DNA of 64,000 nucleotides from Azolla caroliniana (taxonomy: Eukaryota; Plantae; Polypodiophyta): the NCBI GenBank assembly GCA_043228905.1, contig JBHGNT010000008.1, positions 17,422,001 through 17,486,000 of the forward strand. The letters run 5' to 3'. A model generated the notes under the pieces. It did no database searches and was not told the DNA's origin. It was given only the letters and a program-made list of their open reading frames with translations. A program made the translations under genes and the position numbers. This document shows positions 12,293 to 25,400 of the stretch, in pieces (the first letter of the stretch is position 1; every line of letters begins with the position of its first letter).

Positions 12293-13162
12293 AGTAAGAC
12301 ACAGAGAATATGCAAGGTAAAGTATATTAACAAAGGAGAAAGACTCAACAACATACAAGGTGGGAGGAGGGTGCTTTATATAGTCACCCTCTCTCTTCAT
12401 TAACTACAAGACTCATGGAGCATGGGGAATGTGAAAGCTCATAAGTTATGTGTCATAGAATAGGATTCTATGACTCATACTAAATGCTAGAATACAAAGT
12501 GGTGACATAATGGTGACTCTTGAATGTTAGAGTGTCTATTCACTCTCAAGGTTAATCCACACACTAGACCAAGTTGAGCTTGATTCTCAACATGCCCCCT
12601 CAAGCTCAAGTCAGGTTGGTTTTAGACGGTATCCGAAATCTGCTTTGACTCGCATTCCAGAGTCCACGTCAACTCGCGTCGACTCGCATTTATGTGGAGT
12701 TGTGGAATCCGTGCTCCAGCTTGCGTTATGCGGAGTTGCGAAGTCTGTGCTCCGGCTTGCGTCTTTCTTCGCGGCTTTGCGCGGTAGATCGGCTCTTCGC
12801 GGCTTCCTTGCGCGGTTACGGAATCCACGCGTTATAGCATAGTGTCTTCAGTACTCCCCCTCAAGCTTGGCAGGTTAGGGATCGTCAATTTGAGATCGGT
12901 CAAGGATTCACATAGCTTGTCAGCTCCCAAGGCTTTAGTGAAAATGTTGGTTGCTTGAAGATTTGTGCTAATCTATTGTAGGTCGACATCGCCAGATAGA
13001 ACGCGCTCTCGGATGAAGTGATAGTGCACTTCGATGTGCTTTGTCCGTGCGTGAAACATCGGGTTCCGAGCCAGATAGATATTGCTCATGTTGTCGTAGT
13101 AAAGGGAAGTTAGATCCTTGATGGGTACGCCGAGATCCTTGAGTATCCTTCTGAGCCATACG

Positions 13163-13620
13163 TGTTACGTGCATGACCATATAATATCCCATGTTGAGAA
13201 TTTACCGTAGTATTCTATACACGTGGATAAGTGTGAGGGTTAAACGAGAGTGTAAAGAAGGGGATGATTACTTTTAATCATCGGGATTGAGACAACCCAT
13301 TAGGCCAAGTGTGAACTTGCTTGGGGGCCTTGGGTATCACTATAAATAAGAGGCCTAGCTACCCTCATTTCATCATCTTGTGTACTACGTCGAGACTCTG
13401 TGTTGTGGTGGGTCAACTCTTGTAGTGAGCGTGCTAGCACCAGTTACAACTCGATGCCACGACGGTGGTATGGGACGCCGATCGAGGCTCGAGTCTGTTT
13501 TGATCCCTTCGCTCAAGGGTGGTCGGGTGGATCGGCACCCTTCTTTCTCTCTCTCTCCCTTCTTTCTATCTACCTAGATATATCCTTATCTAATGGTTAC
13601 TTTAGTACATGTCTCTAATA
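13163..13620 (+). mobile_element. solo LTR inserted in the RNase H of family X element
   Basis: Starts TGTTA, ends TAATA; TSD ATACG/ATACA; TATAAATA near 13340; interrupts the EAVWL.RIL motif; related copy at 56504-56656. Confidence 0.8.
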
Positions 13621-14554
13621 ATACAGCTTCACATGCAGCCACTGCCGCGCCCCTGTATCTCGCCTTTGTGCTCGAAAGAGCAACGGTTGGTTGCTTTTTG
13701 CTACTCCAGGATATTGCTCCGTTGCCAAGGGAAAAAACAAAGCCGGAGGTTGATCTTCTATCGGCTTTGTAGCCGGTCCAATCGGCGTCTGTGTACCCCT
13801 CGAGTCGTATTGGCATCGCGGTCTTGTAGAGGATGCCACAATCCATTATGCCGCTCACGTATCGCAGAACTCGCTTAGCGCAATCCAAGTGAGTATCACG
13901 CGGTGTTTGCATGAATTGACTAAGGAGATGGACCGGATAACTAAGATCGGGTTGAGTGATTGTGAGGCAAATGAGACTCCCGATGAGTTGCCAATATTGA
14001 GTCGGCTCACACGCTTTGGTGCCGGAGTTCGCATCTAGTTTGAGATTGTGATTGAGCGGGGTTACCACGGAGTTGCACTCAACCATTCCGAACTTGTATA
14101 ACAAGTTGAGGATGTAGTGCCGTTGAGAGATCATGATTCCGGCCGGAGTCCGAATTACCTAGATGCCGAGGAAGTAGTGAAGCTCGTTCATGTCCGTCAT
14201 CTCGAACTTGTCGGAAAGGAGGGATTTGACCTTATTGATTTTGACGAGATGCTCACCTCCAATTATTAGGTCATCCACATATAAGATGATGACGATCGGA
14301 CTTGCGGAATTGCTTCGTATGTAGAGGGAGTTGACCAATTTTGACATACGGAAGCCGATTTGATGAAGATATTGTGTTATCTTCTAATGCCAAGTACGGG
14401 CTGCTTACTTGAGGCCATAGAGTGGCTTCTTGAGCCGGCATACAACTTTCGGATGGGTGCTCAAGTTGAAGCCGGGTGGTTGTATCATGTATGTTGGGAG
14501 ACAGGTCCCTCCGGATGGGAAAAGAGAAGAACAGTGCTGATAGGCCGAGGCCGA

Positions 14555-14932
14555 AACCGGATGAGGAGTACCCGGCTACGGAGAGCCGGATGGTGCAGAC
14601 CCGGTGAAGACCGGATGAGGAGTACCCGGCTACGGAGAGCCGGATGGTGCAGACCCGGTGAAGACCGGATGACGAGTACCCGGCTACAGAGAGCCGGATG
14701 GCGCAGACCCGGTGAAGACCGGATGAGGAGTACCCGGCTACGGAGAGCCGGATGGCGCAGACCCGGTGAAGACCGGATGAGGAGTACCCGGCTACAGAGA
14801 GCCGGATGGTGCAGACCCGGTGAAGACCGGATGAGGAGTACCCGGCTACGGAGAGCCGGATGGTGCAGACCCGGTGAAGACCGGATGAGGAGTACCCGGC
14901 TACGGAGAGCCGGATGGTGCAGACCCGGTGAG
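14555..14932 (+). repeat. 54-bp tandem array in 5' LTR U3 (7 units; 4 units plus a 15-bp duplication in the 3' LTR, about 19933-20163)
   Basis: Unit GACCGGATGAGGAGTACCCGGCTACGGAGAGCCGGATGGTGCAGACCCGGTGAA, seen as 18-aa repeats in the ORF track. Confidence 0.95.
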
Positions 14933-17900
14933 AAGTGCTCACCGGATGAAGAGACATATTCGTAAATATGTTTATGAGAGTCCATCATGGCTATATTTGT
15001 AGATAGCCGAAAAGTCATATTAGTATAAATATGACTTAGGGAAAACTTTTATGTGTTGTTGTCATTCTTGTTGGTGCAAGAAAAGTGAGAGCGCATAACT
15101 GTGTACAGAGAGAGAGAGAGAGAGAAAGAGGTTGTTGCCTCTGTTGTAACCGCCGCCTGTGGCGAAGATCGTGAGCACGAGGTCGTTGCCTCTGTGAACT
15201 CACTATTGTACATTCTAACATAGTGATAGTTTGCAGCTTGTGGGCTGCCGTGGTTTTTTCCCTTAGTTTGGGTTTTCCACATAAACATCCTGTGTCCTCT
15301 TCTCTCCATTGTGTCGTGCTTGCATTTCCCGTTTTTTGTGTATGATTCTAAGCTCGGTTTGTGGCCGAGCGTTGCGCATAAGGAGCATCTAGTTCCCGTC
15401 AAGTGGTATCAAAGCAAAACGACACCGAAAATGGACGAATCGTTTGGCGGCATGTTCAAGCTCACCGGCTCCAACTATTCGGTATGGAAGTCGAAGATGA
15501 GGGACATGCTCGTGGTTAAAGATCTTTGGCTGCGGTTCAGTTTCGGGACAAGAGACCGGACAAAATCGACGCCGCGATATGGGAGGTGATGCACATGAAG
15601 ACAACGACGTACATACAGGCTCATGAGCTCTGGGAGAAGATCGGCATAATGTTTCAAAACAAAAATGCTGTTAATCAGGTTTCGGTATTCCAGAAGCTAG
15701 TAAGACTCCGGTACCAAGATGGCTCCATCATGGCGGAGCACATGAATGCCTTCCAGGGGCTGATCCACCAGGCAACTTCATTGGAAGTACCTCTCGCCGA
15801 TGAGGTACTAGCGTTACTCCTGCTCGGTTCCCTCCCGGATAGTTGGGAGACGCTGGTTTTCACTTTGGGCAACGCCGGGCCGGAAGGAATTGCGGTTATC
15901 CCTAGCAAGAGTAAAGTCGAGCTTGCTAGATGAGGAGGCGCGTCGGAAAGATAAAGATACGAGCTCCGACTCCAAAGCGCTCCTTACCGAATCGGAACGC
16001 GGAAGACATAGAAACCGTAGTCCCCAGAACCGGGAGAAGTCGGGGACACGGTCAAAGTCAAGGGGAAGGCCTACTTGCTTCTATTGTGGCAAGCCGGGAC
16101 ACTTCCAAAAGAACTATCGGCATTTCCGAAAAGATAAGGAGACCGACGGTACCGATTCGAAGCGGACCCCGGACCGGAAGGGTAAAGACCGGAGGGGAAC
16201 GGACCAGAAGGGAACGATGGCAATCGCGGCAAGTGAAGAAGAGTTGATGGTCATCACCGAGGAGAGTGAGATAAACCTTGCCGGCGACGAGATGACCTGG
16301 GTGGTAGACTCCGGAGCGTCGTTCCACCTTACCTCGGACCGGAAATGCTTCTCATCCTACTCAGCCGGTGATCACGACTGTGTTCGGATGGCGAATGAAG
16401 GTACATGCCGAATTGTCGACATAGGAGACGTGTGGCTGTCAACGCCAACCGGATGCAAGTTGTTGCTGAAGGATGTTCGACACGTTCTGGAGGTTCGACT
16501 GAACCTGATATCAGCCGGTCGGCTAGATGATGAAGGCTACACGGGTAGCATCCGGAACGGTTTCATGAAGTTCAGCAAAGGGAGCCTGATTGTGGCTCGG
16601 GCCCGGAAGGTCAACACTCTGTACCTGATAAATGCCCGGTTATGTCAGGAAGAAGTGAACGTGGAATCCGACACTGCCGGTGAGCTGTAGCACAAGAGGC
16701 TGTGTCATATGAGCGAGAAGGGGATGAAGAGGCTTGCAGACGACAACCTCATTCCAGTGAAGAACGTGCACTTGGAGAAGTGCACTGATTGTCTGGCTGG
16801 TAAGCAAAACCGGACCTCCTTCCGACTAAGGCCACCGATGAGACGTAATGCACCACTGGAGTTGGTGCATACTGATGTGTGTCAAGTAGACACGAAGTCA
16901 CATGCCGGAGCGCAGTACTTCGTGACGTTCATAGATGACCACAACCGGAAGCTGTGGGCCACACTGTTGAAGACGAAGGATCAGGTGCTATCTGTCTTCA
17001 AAGAGCTCCACGCGAGAGTGGAAAGAGAAACCGGCCGGAAGCTGAAGGCGGTTCGAGCAGATAACGGAGGAGAATACCGGGGGCAGTTCGAGGAGTACTA
17101 CCGCTCGAAGGGAATCTGGCTCGAATTTACTGTGCCGAAGGCGCCGGAACTAAACGGACTGGCCGAGAGGATGAACCGGGCCATAATGGAGAGGGTCAAG
17201 AGTATGCTAGCGCATGCAAAACTACCCAAGAAGTTTTGGGCTGAGGCATTGTCGACGACGACATATGTGATAAATAGATCACCCTCAGTGCCCTTGGATG
17301 GAGACACGCCACAGAGAGTCTGGACCGGTAAGGAAGTGTCCTACCGGCACCTGAAGGTATTCGGGTGTCTCGCGTACGTGCATGTAGCTAAGGACCGGAG
17401 AGGAAAGTTAGATCCAAAGACCCAGCCATGCATATTCCTCGGTTACGGTGAAGATGAGTTCAGCTACCAAGTGTGGGACCTGGTCGACAAGAAGGTATTC
17501 CAGAGTCGAGATATTATCTTCATGGAGGACAAGACGCTCGCCGACTGGGAGTCGGAGAAGAAGATAATGAACTCCGAGTCGACCGGTAAGGATCGACTCT
17601 ACGATGAGCAGACCCAACCGGCAAGAGACCGGTTAGCACTCGAGGGACCCGCCGGTTACGGTGAGGATACCGAACAGGCTGAAGAAGAAGTAGAGGAAGC
17701 TGAAACCGGAACCGGCCAAGACCCCGAATCGGATTCGGATGAAGAGCAAATGGAGGAGCCGGTTACCGAAGCCCGAAGTCGGAGATATCCTCTCAGAGAG
17801 AGAAGGCCCCCCCGGAGATTTCCGGATGCAGAGCATGTGCTGTTAACCAATGAGGGGGAACCAGAAAGCTTCGAAGAAGCGAAGGATGACACCCACAACC

Positions 17901-19044
17901 GGAAATGGTTAAGTGCCATGTAGGATGAGATGGATTCCCTGCATGAGAACCATAGGTACGAATTAGTGGAGTTGCCAAAAGGAAAGCGGGCACTCCAAAA
18001 CAAGTGGGTGTACAAGTTGAAATCGGGAGATGCCGGCAACCCCCCGAGATACAAAGCGAAGATCGTGGTGAAGGGGTTCCAGCAGAACAAGGGCGTGGCC
18101 TTCGACGAGATATTTGCCCCGGTAATAAAGATGACCTCCATCCGGACGGTGCTGAGTATAGCGGCAAGCATGGACCTCGAGGTAGAGCAGCTAGACGTGA
18201 AGATGACATTCCTTCACGGTGACCTCAAAGAGGAGATCTACATGCAACAACCGGAAGGATTCGTGGAGAAAGGGAAGGAGCACTTGGTTTGCCGGTTGAA
18301 GAAGAGCCTGTACGGACTGAAGCAGGCTCCCCGACAATGGTACGGAAAGTTTGACTCCTTCATGACCGATCAAGGGTACCGCAAGACGCGAGCTGATCAT
18401 TGCGTGTTTGTGAAGAAGTTCGAAGGAGGCGACTTCCTAATACTCCTTCTGTACGTGGATGACATGTTGATCGTCGGACGAGACCAAGTCAAAATACGGA
18501 TGCTGAAGAAGGCTCTCAACCGGGCCTTCTCAATGAAAGACTTGGGTCCGGCAAGACAGATGCTGGGGATGCACATCATTCGGGACCGGTCAAAGAAGCA
18601 ATTATGGCTGCCACAGGAGAAGTACGTGACAAAGGTGCTTCACCGGTTCAACATGTCAGATGCGAAACCGGTCGGATCGACACTTCCGGCAAACTACAGG
18701 TTATCTAGTAAGCAAAGTCCGAAGATGAAAGCAGAGAAGGCGGATATGATGAAGATTCCATATGCCTCTGCCGTCGGGAGCTTACTATAGGCAATGGTTT
18801 GTACCCGACCGGATATAGGATACGCAGTCGGAGTGGTGAGCCGGTTCATGAGCAATCCCGACAAGGAGCACTGGAACGCAGTCAAATGGATACTCCGGTA
18901 TTTGAAGGGCACGTCAAATATGTGTCTCCGATTCGGCTCCGGAAAACCTCAACTTGACGGTTTCACCGATTCGGACATGTCGGGTGATGTGGATACCAGC
19001 CGGTCTACATCCGGGTATGTAATGACATATGCACGGGGAGCTGT

Positions 19045-19469
19045 TGTCAGGAATAGTACTAAAGCAGAGATGGAATTAGTACTAAGAAGAGTAGTACTAT
19101 TAGTACTAAGAGGACGGGACTGCGTAAGATTCCCGAGAGAGAGAAAATGAGAAGAGGAGAGAGAGAGATAGGATGATGACAGCAGCTCTTATATTATATG
19201 AAAGATAAGTACAAATCGGCTAAGAGGCTTAAGACTGGTGTTGAACCAATTTGGTTCAACATAATGCTTAGTGCCTTCTTTTATAGTGTTCTCAGGAATA
19301 ATCCTGAAGCTTCTAGAATGTTCTAGAGAAATCTGGAATATACATTACTTTCTTATAATAAAACATAAATGAAAATAATATTCTATGAATTACAATAGAT
19401 GGTGAGATGGTTAAGAGCTCGACCCATATACCATAAGGTCATGGGTTCGAGTTTTGCCATCTCATGACA
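19045..19469 (-). mobile_element. solo LTR, probably Tcn1-like chromovirus, inserted in family Y RNase H
   Basis: TGTCA...TGACA termini; perfect TSD GCTGT (19040-19044, 19470-19474); shares TTGAACCAATTT, TATA spacing and TCTAGA repeats with LTR 62612-63072. Confidence 0.88.
19397..19463 (+). other. tRNA-like A-box/B-box module in solo LTR U3
   Basis: TGGTGAGATGGTTAAGAGC ... AAGGTCATGGGTTCGAGT; closing stem AGATGG/CCATCT. Confidence 0.6.
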
Positions 19470-22400
19470 GCTGTTTGGTGGCAGTTGAGAGTGCAGAAGA
19501 CGGTTGCATTGTCAACCACGGAGGCGGAGTACATGGCAGTTGTGGAAGCCGGCAAGGAAATCTTATGGAGGAAGGACTTCATCGGAGAGCTCGGTATCCG
19601 GCAAGATGAATACCGTCTCTATTGCGACAGTCAAAGTGCCATCCATCTTGCTAAGAATGCGGCCTACCATTCCCGGATGAAGCATATCCAGCGAAGATAT
19701 CACTGGATCCGGGAAAGAGTAGATGACCAGGAGTTCGCACTGACGAAGATCCACACGGCTGAGAACGGGTCAGATATGCTGACCAAAGTTCTGATTCCCG
19801 ACAAATTGGATGCATGCCGGAAGAGGATCGGACTAGTAAGACACCCCATGTCGGAGTGAAGGGGGAGTTTGTTGGGAGACAGGTCTCTCCGGATGGGAAG
19901 GGAGAAGAACAGTGCTGATAGGCCGAGGCCGAAACCGGATGAGGAGTACCCGACTACGGAGAGCCGGATGGTGCAGACCCGGATGGTGCAGACCCGGTGA
20001 AGACCGGATGAGGAGTACCCAGCTACGGAGGGCCGGATGGTGCAGACCCGGTGAAGACCGGATGAGGAGTACCCGGCTACGGAGAGCCGGATGGCGCAGA
20101 CCCGGTGAAGACCAGATGAGGAGTACCCGGCTACAGAGAGCCGGATGGTGCAGACCCGGTGAGAAGTGCTCACCGGATGAAGAGACATATTCGTAAATAT
20201 GTTTCTGAGAGTCCATCATGGCTATATCTGTAGATAGTCGAAAAGTCATATTAGTATAAATATGACTTAGGGAAAACTTTTATGTGTTGTTGTCATTCTT
20301 GTTGGTGCAAGAAAAGTGAGAGCGCGTAATTGTGTACAGAGAGAGAGAGAGAGAAAGAGGTCGTTGCCGCTGTTGTAACCGCCGCCTGTGGCGAAGATCG
20401 TGAGCACGAGGTCGTTGCCTCTGTGAACTCACTGTTGTACATTCTAACATAGTGATAGTTTGCAGCTTGTGGGCTGCCGTGGTTTTTTCCCTTAGTTTGG
20501 GTTTTCCACATAAACATCCTGTGTCCTCATCTCTCCATTGTGTCGTGCTTGCATTTCCCGTTTTTTGTGTATGATTCTAAGCTCGGTTGTGGCGGAGCGT
20601 TGCGCATAAGGAGCGTCTAGTTCCCGTCAATGTACACCTCCTCTTCTAATTGGCCTTGTAGAAAGGCTTTCTTGACGTCCATTTGATGGAGGTGCCACCC
20701 TTTCGCCATGGCAAGCGCAATCATGGTCCATACCGTCCTCATCTTTGCCACTGGGGCAAAGGTCTCCTCGTAGTCAACTCCGTGCGTTTGGGCATAGCCT
20801 TTCGCTACAAGTCGCGATTTGTAGCGGTTGACAGAACCGTCGGCGTTGTACTTCACTTTGTAAATCCATCTGCATTTGATCGCCTTTTTGTGTGGTGAAG
20901 TGGGAACGAGATCCCACGTCTCATTCTTGCGTAGTCCCTGCATCTCCTCGTTCATGGTTTCGATCCTTGGCTGCTTCAGAAAATGTTTCCGGCTCGCGTA
21001 CTGTCGCCACCTTCATCAGAAAGACATAGTGATATACCATGTAGTCGTTGTAGCTGAATCGGCTAACCGGATTCCTTTCACTGGTGGATCGGTGGAGCTT
21101 TTCATTTGTTGAGATGAGGGCTTTCTTAGCTCCGATTGGTACATTAAAGCCGCCGAAGTCACAGTGAAGTGAGTGAGTCGACTCATCGTCGTCGAAATGA
21201 TCGTCTTCGTATTCCGACATTTTCGCCTTTCTTTTGTCCATCTTCGGGCTAGGCCGTGATGTGCTTTGATCGCTCGGGGGCTCTTGTGGCCCACTTAGCC
21301 TTGTGGTAATTGGGCTATCATCAAACATGTCTTCGAGGCGATCTCCACCTTCTCGCTCTTGTTCGGTTGGTTTCGCGTCGATCGGGGTCGAAATCGGAAT
21401 CTTCTTTGCTACGTACCAGGATGCGGATTCGTTGAACACGACGTCTCGACTTGAACTTTTTGGGTAGATGGGTTGTAGCATTTGTACCCCTTTTGTTCGA
21501 GTGAGTATCCTACGAGGATACATTTCTCCAACTTTGGATCTAGATTTTTCCGCTTTTCGTCGGATATGTGCATGTATGCTATCGCGCCGAATATCTGGGT
21601 GTGCGATAAGTCCGGCTTCTTTCCGAAGTATTTTTCGTGCACAGTGACCTCATGCAATCTGGATGTTGTGCACCGGTTCATTAGGTACACGGCCATATTT
21701 GCAGCTTCGGCCCAATATGACTTAGGCATATGCTTCTCGTTCATCATGGCCCGCGCTACTTCGAGGAGTACAACATCCGATCGAAGGCATGAAATCACCC
21801 GAGAAGTACTCCTTGCCGCCATCCGATCGAAGGCATCGTACATGGTGACCAGTAGCTTTTTCAACTTCGTTTTTAAACCTTTTGAAGTGTCCGAACACTT
21901 CGCTCTTTTGCCGCATCGGATAGAGCCACATGTGCCTAGAGAAGTCGTCAATGAAGAGCACGTAATATCGGCATCTGCCGAATGTAGCCCTCTTCGCCGG
22001 TCCCTATATGTCGGAATGGATTAAGTCGAGTAGACCTTTGCTCACGTTCTGCTCTTTCGGAAATGGGCGTCAATGTTGCTTGCCGAATTGGCAGGCTTTG
22101 CATACGCCTTCAATCTCCTTCTCTTTGAATGTCGGGAGTCCGATGACGACTCCTTTCGATTTCATTGCTTTGAGTTTGTTGAGATTGATGTGGTTGATTC
22201 GCTTGTGCCATAACTCTATGTCGGAGTCGGCTTTTGTGCTTTTTGCGAACATGGCGGATTTCATCTCGTGTTAATTGAGAATGAACATCCGGCCCTCCCT
22301 TCTTCCGCGAGCGATGATTCGGCCCTTTTTCGATGAAGCACCCTTCTTGGTTGAATCGTACTTGCATCCCTTGCTCAACCATTTGGACGACCGAGACCAA

Positions 22401-25400
22401 ATTCTTCGTGATGGTGGGAACATGCAAGACATTTTTAATGTATGTTTGCTTAATTCTTTCGCCGAACGGAAGATTGCCGATGTGTCGAATCGGGTGCGTA
22501 GTGTCATCTCCGGTTTCGACATAACTGGGTCGCTCCGGCTCTCGAAGTTCGAGAAACCATTCTTTATGAGATGTCAGATGGTTTGAGGCTCCGGAGTCAA
22601 TAAACCATACGTCCTCCGGATTGAGGGCACTAGTTGAGGTAGAGGCCGACATAGAGTTTGCTCTATGTTTCATCATGAACATTCCACCATAGTCGGAGTT
22701 GTGTGCATACATTACGCCACGATCTTCGTAGTCAGAGTTGTGCCCGTACATACCGCTATACTCTTCGTAGTCGGAATTGTGCGCGTAATTCGTGAGTTGT
22801 CAACTTGTGGAAGCCGATGAGCGCATCTTCTTTTGGCACTCTTCTTCGTGGTGGCCTAGCTTTCCGCAATATCCGCATTCGGTTGCGTTTTGACAGCTCA
22901 GACTGGAGTGGATGCTCCCCCTTCTTCCGAAGGTTCCTCGTTGGGTTCCGTTTTGTGTTCGAGATTGGGAGTTGTTGTTGTAGGTCAGACCTCGTCTGCC
23001 TTGTCCTTGGCCGAATCGGCCTCTCGCTCCTCCGCGTCCTCTTCCTCCGTTCGAGTACGTGTAGAGCATGTGGCCTTCTGACTTATTGCTCCTTGTACGC
23101 ACGTGGTTTTCTTTGACTAATTGCATTGATTGGAGCTCAATGAAGGAGGGAGATTTCTCCCATGCTAGAACAGGGGTTCGCATTGCTCCGAACCGTGGTG
23201 CGAGGCCGCTGAGGCCTATTTGCACCAACTCATCATCATCGATATTTACGCTTATCAAGCCGAGCGAGTCGCAAATCTCCTTGATCTTCAAGGTGTATGT
23301 CGTGATGGACATGTCCCTTTGTTGAATGTTGTTCAACTCTTGGTGGAGTTGAAGCCTTCTTGCGGTTGTGTTCGCCGCAAAAATCTTTTGTAGATTTTCC
23401 CATGCCTTCGGCATCTTGGCTTCGCGAATGTCGCCGAGCATATGATCGTGAACACATGTCGCCAAGCAATACATCATGCGGCTTGCAGCTTGCTCCCATG
23501 TCGTGTATCCGGGAGCTGTTTCGACGGGTCGGTCTTCGTGCATTCCTTTGATGTAGCTCCAATAGCCTTCTCCGGCAAGGTATTGGTGCATCTTGTACTC
23601 CCAAGATGCGAAGTTATTTTGATCCAACTTCTCGGTAGGGAGAGCACTCCCCATTTGAGTATTCATTATGTCGATTCTTCTTCTTCTTCTTCTTCTTCTC
23701 TCTTTGAATGCGAGCTATGTAGCAAAGCTACGATAGCGATGGCCCGGTTCTTGGTTGTCGGCGTAGGATACAACGCACGCAGATGGGCTAGATTGAGCTA
23801 CCAAGCTGCTCTGATACCATGTAAAGAATCAAGAGATGGATTGTGTGCATCGGAATAGATAGGAACTTTATGTGTGTATGAGAGAGAGAGAGATAGACAA
23901 GGAGTAAGACACAGAGAATACGCAAGGTAAAGTACATTAACAAAGGAGAAAGACTCAACAAAATACAAGGTGGGAGGAGGGTCATTTATATAGTCACCCT
24001 CTCTCTTCATTAACTACAAGACTCATGGAGCATGGGGAATGTGAAAGTTCTTAAGTTATGTGTCATAGAATATGATTCTATGACTCATACTAAATGCTAG
24101 AATACAAAGTGGTGACATAATGGTGACTCTTGACCGTTGGAGTGTCTATTCACTCTCAAGGTGAGTTCACACACTAGACCAAGTTGAGCTTGATTCTCAA
24201 CAACGTGCATGTGGAAAAGTAGAGACTTTGATGCTAGAATGGAGATAATAATGCATTTGAGTGATGAGCAAGTTGCTTATGTTCGAAACTTACAAATAAC
24301 AAACAAAATGTGGGAGTATTTGCAACAGATTCATCAACCATCTGATGGGACAACTAAATTTTTTTCATTCAGATCATTGATGAACTCACAAATGAAAGAC
24401 GGTGAATAGATTGACACATTTATAATAAAGTGGCAAAAACAATTAGATACAACCATGTCCTCAGTTTAATGGGAGCGTTGACAGAACTATGGATGACTTT
24501 TGTAAGTATTCATTGCAAAGCTAAAGTAGGATGAACTACGAAGGAAAAGAACAAGTTCACAACACAAGGCTAGCCACATGGCCATGACAGCCTCAATGAG
24601 AAATAAATGAGCCAACTTTGCAAAGTAGAAATTTCAATGGTTTCCAAACAACCAATGTTTCAACAGAAAAATAAATCAAATGGAATGGGAGGGTTTACGA
24701 TATCTACAATCACATGTATGTATTGTAATAAACAAGGTCATTTTGAAAAAGATTGTAGAAAGAAGTAATTTGATCTTAAAAGTAAAGGGGAAAAGTATTA
24801 TCCTCAAATTCATAGTGCATCATTACAAAATGATAATGTGACCTATTGTGAAGAAGATGAAGACAATAATTTTATACAAGCTTTTACAAGTGACGCAAAT
24901 GAAAGTCAAGTGAATCAAAAGAAAGGCAATGACAACCTTTGGTTCTTCGACACTGAGGTGACGCATCACTTGACAAATAATAGAAATCTTCTACATAACT
25001 ATTGCCCCCTTCCACAAGCACTCCAAGTTACATTCAACGACCATGGCAGAAAAGTCGCCATTGGCAAAGGGGAAGTACACTTGTCTCTAAACAAATCAAA
25101 GACGGTAGCATTCCAAATGTTTATTATGTTCCAGGTGTAATGATAAACTTAATATCCGTAAGTGAAGCAACAAAAAATGGATCGAGTATACAATTCAATA
25201 ATAATTTTACGGTTATTTCTCATGAATTATGTATTGGTGAGATGTTAAGAGTGATTTGCCCCAAATCTAGAAGACTCTACCCTTTACAAATGATGGATAA
25301 AACTCCTATACAAGCCTTTTTGCGTCAGGCACTGCACACATTGATCCTACAATGCTTTGGCATCATCGACTCAGGCATGTCAACCTAAGGGCGATGAAGA

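Larger units (their letters stand above)
14492..20629 (+). mobile_element. full-length Ty1/copia element (CCGG-rich family Y) nested in the RT of family X
   Basis: LTRs 14492-15401 and 19870-20629; PBS TGGTATCAAAGC 15404-15415; PPT GAAGGGGGAG; perfect TSD ATGTA (14487-14491, 20630-20634); polyprotein with stops and frameshifts. Confidence 0.95.
12200..24202 (-). mobile_element. full-length Ty1/copia element (family X), degenerate, hosting nested insertions
   Basis: LTRs 12200-12592 and 23820-24202 (TG..CA); PBS tRNA-iMet TGGTATCAGAGC at 23808-23819 (-); PPT next to 12593; TSD ATGTG/ACGTG; gag-PR-INT-RT-RH ORF fragments. Confidence 0.93.

Noticed and set aside
14555-14932. Regular repeats resembling a CRISPR array or a repeat-protein gene
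   Set aside because: Units are contiguous with no unique spacers and lie inside both LTRs; the multi-frame ORFs arise because the 54-bp unit is a multiple of 3 with few stops.
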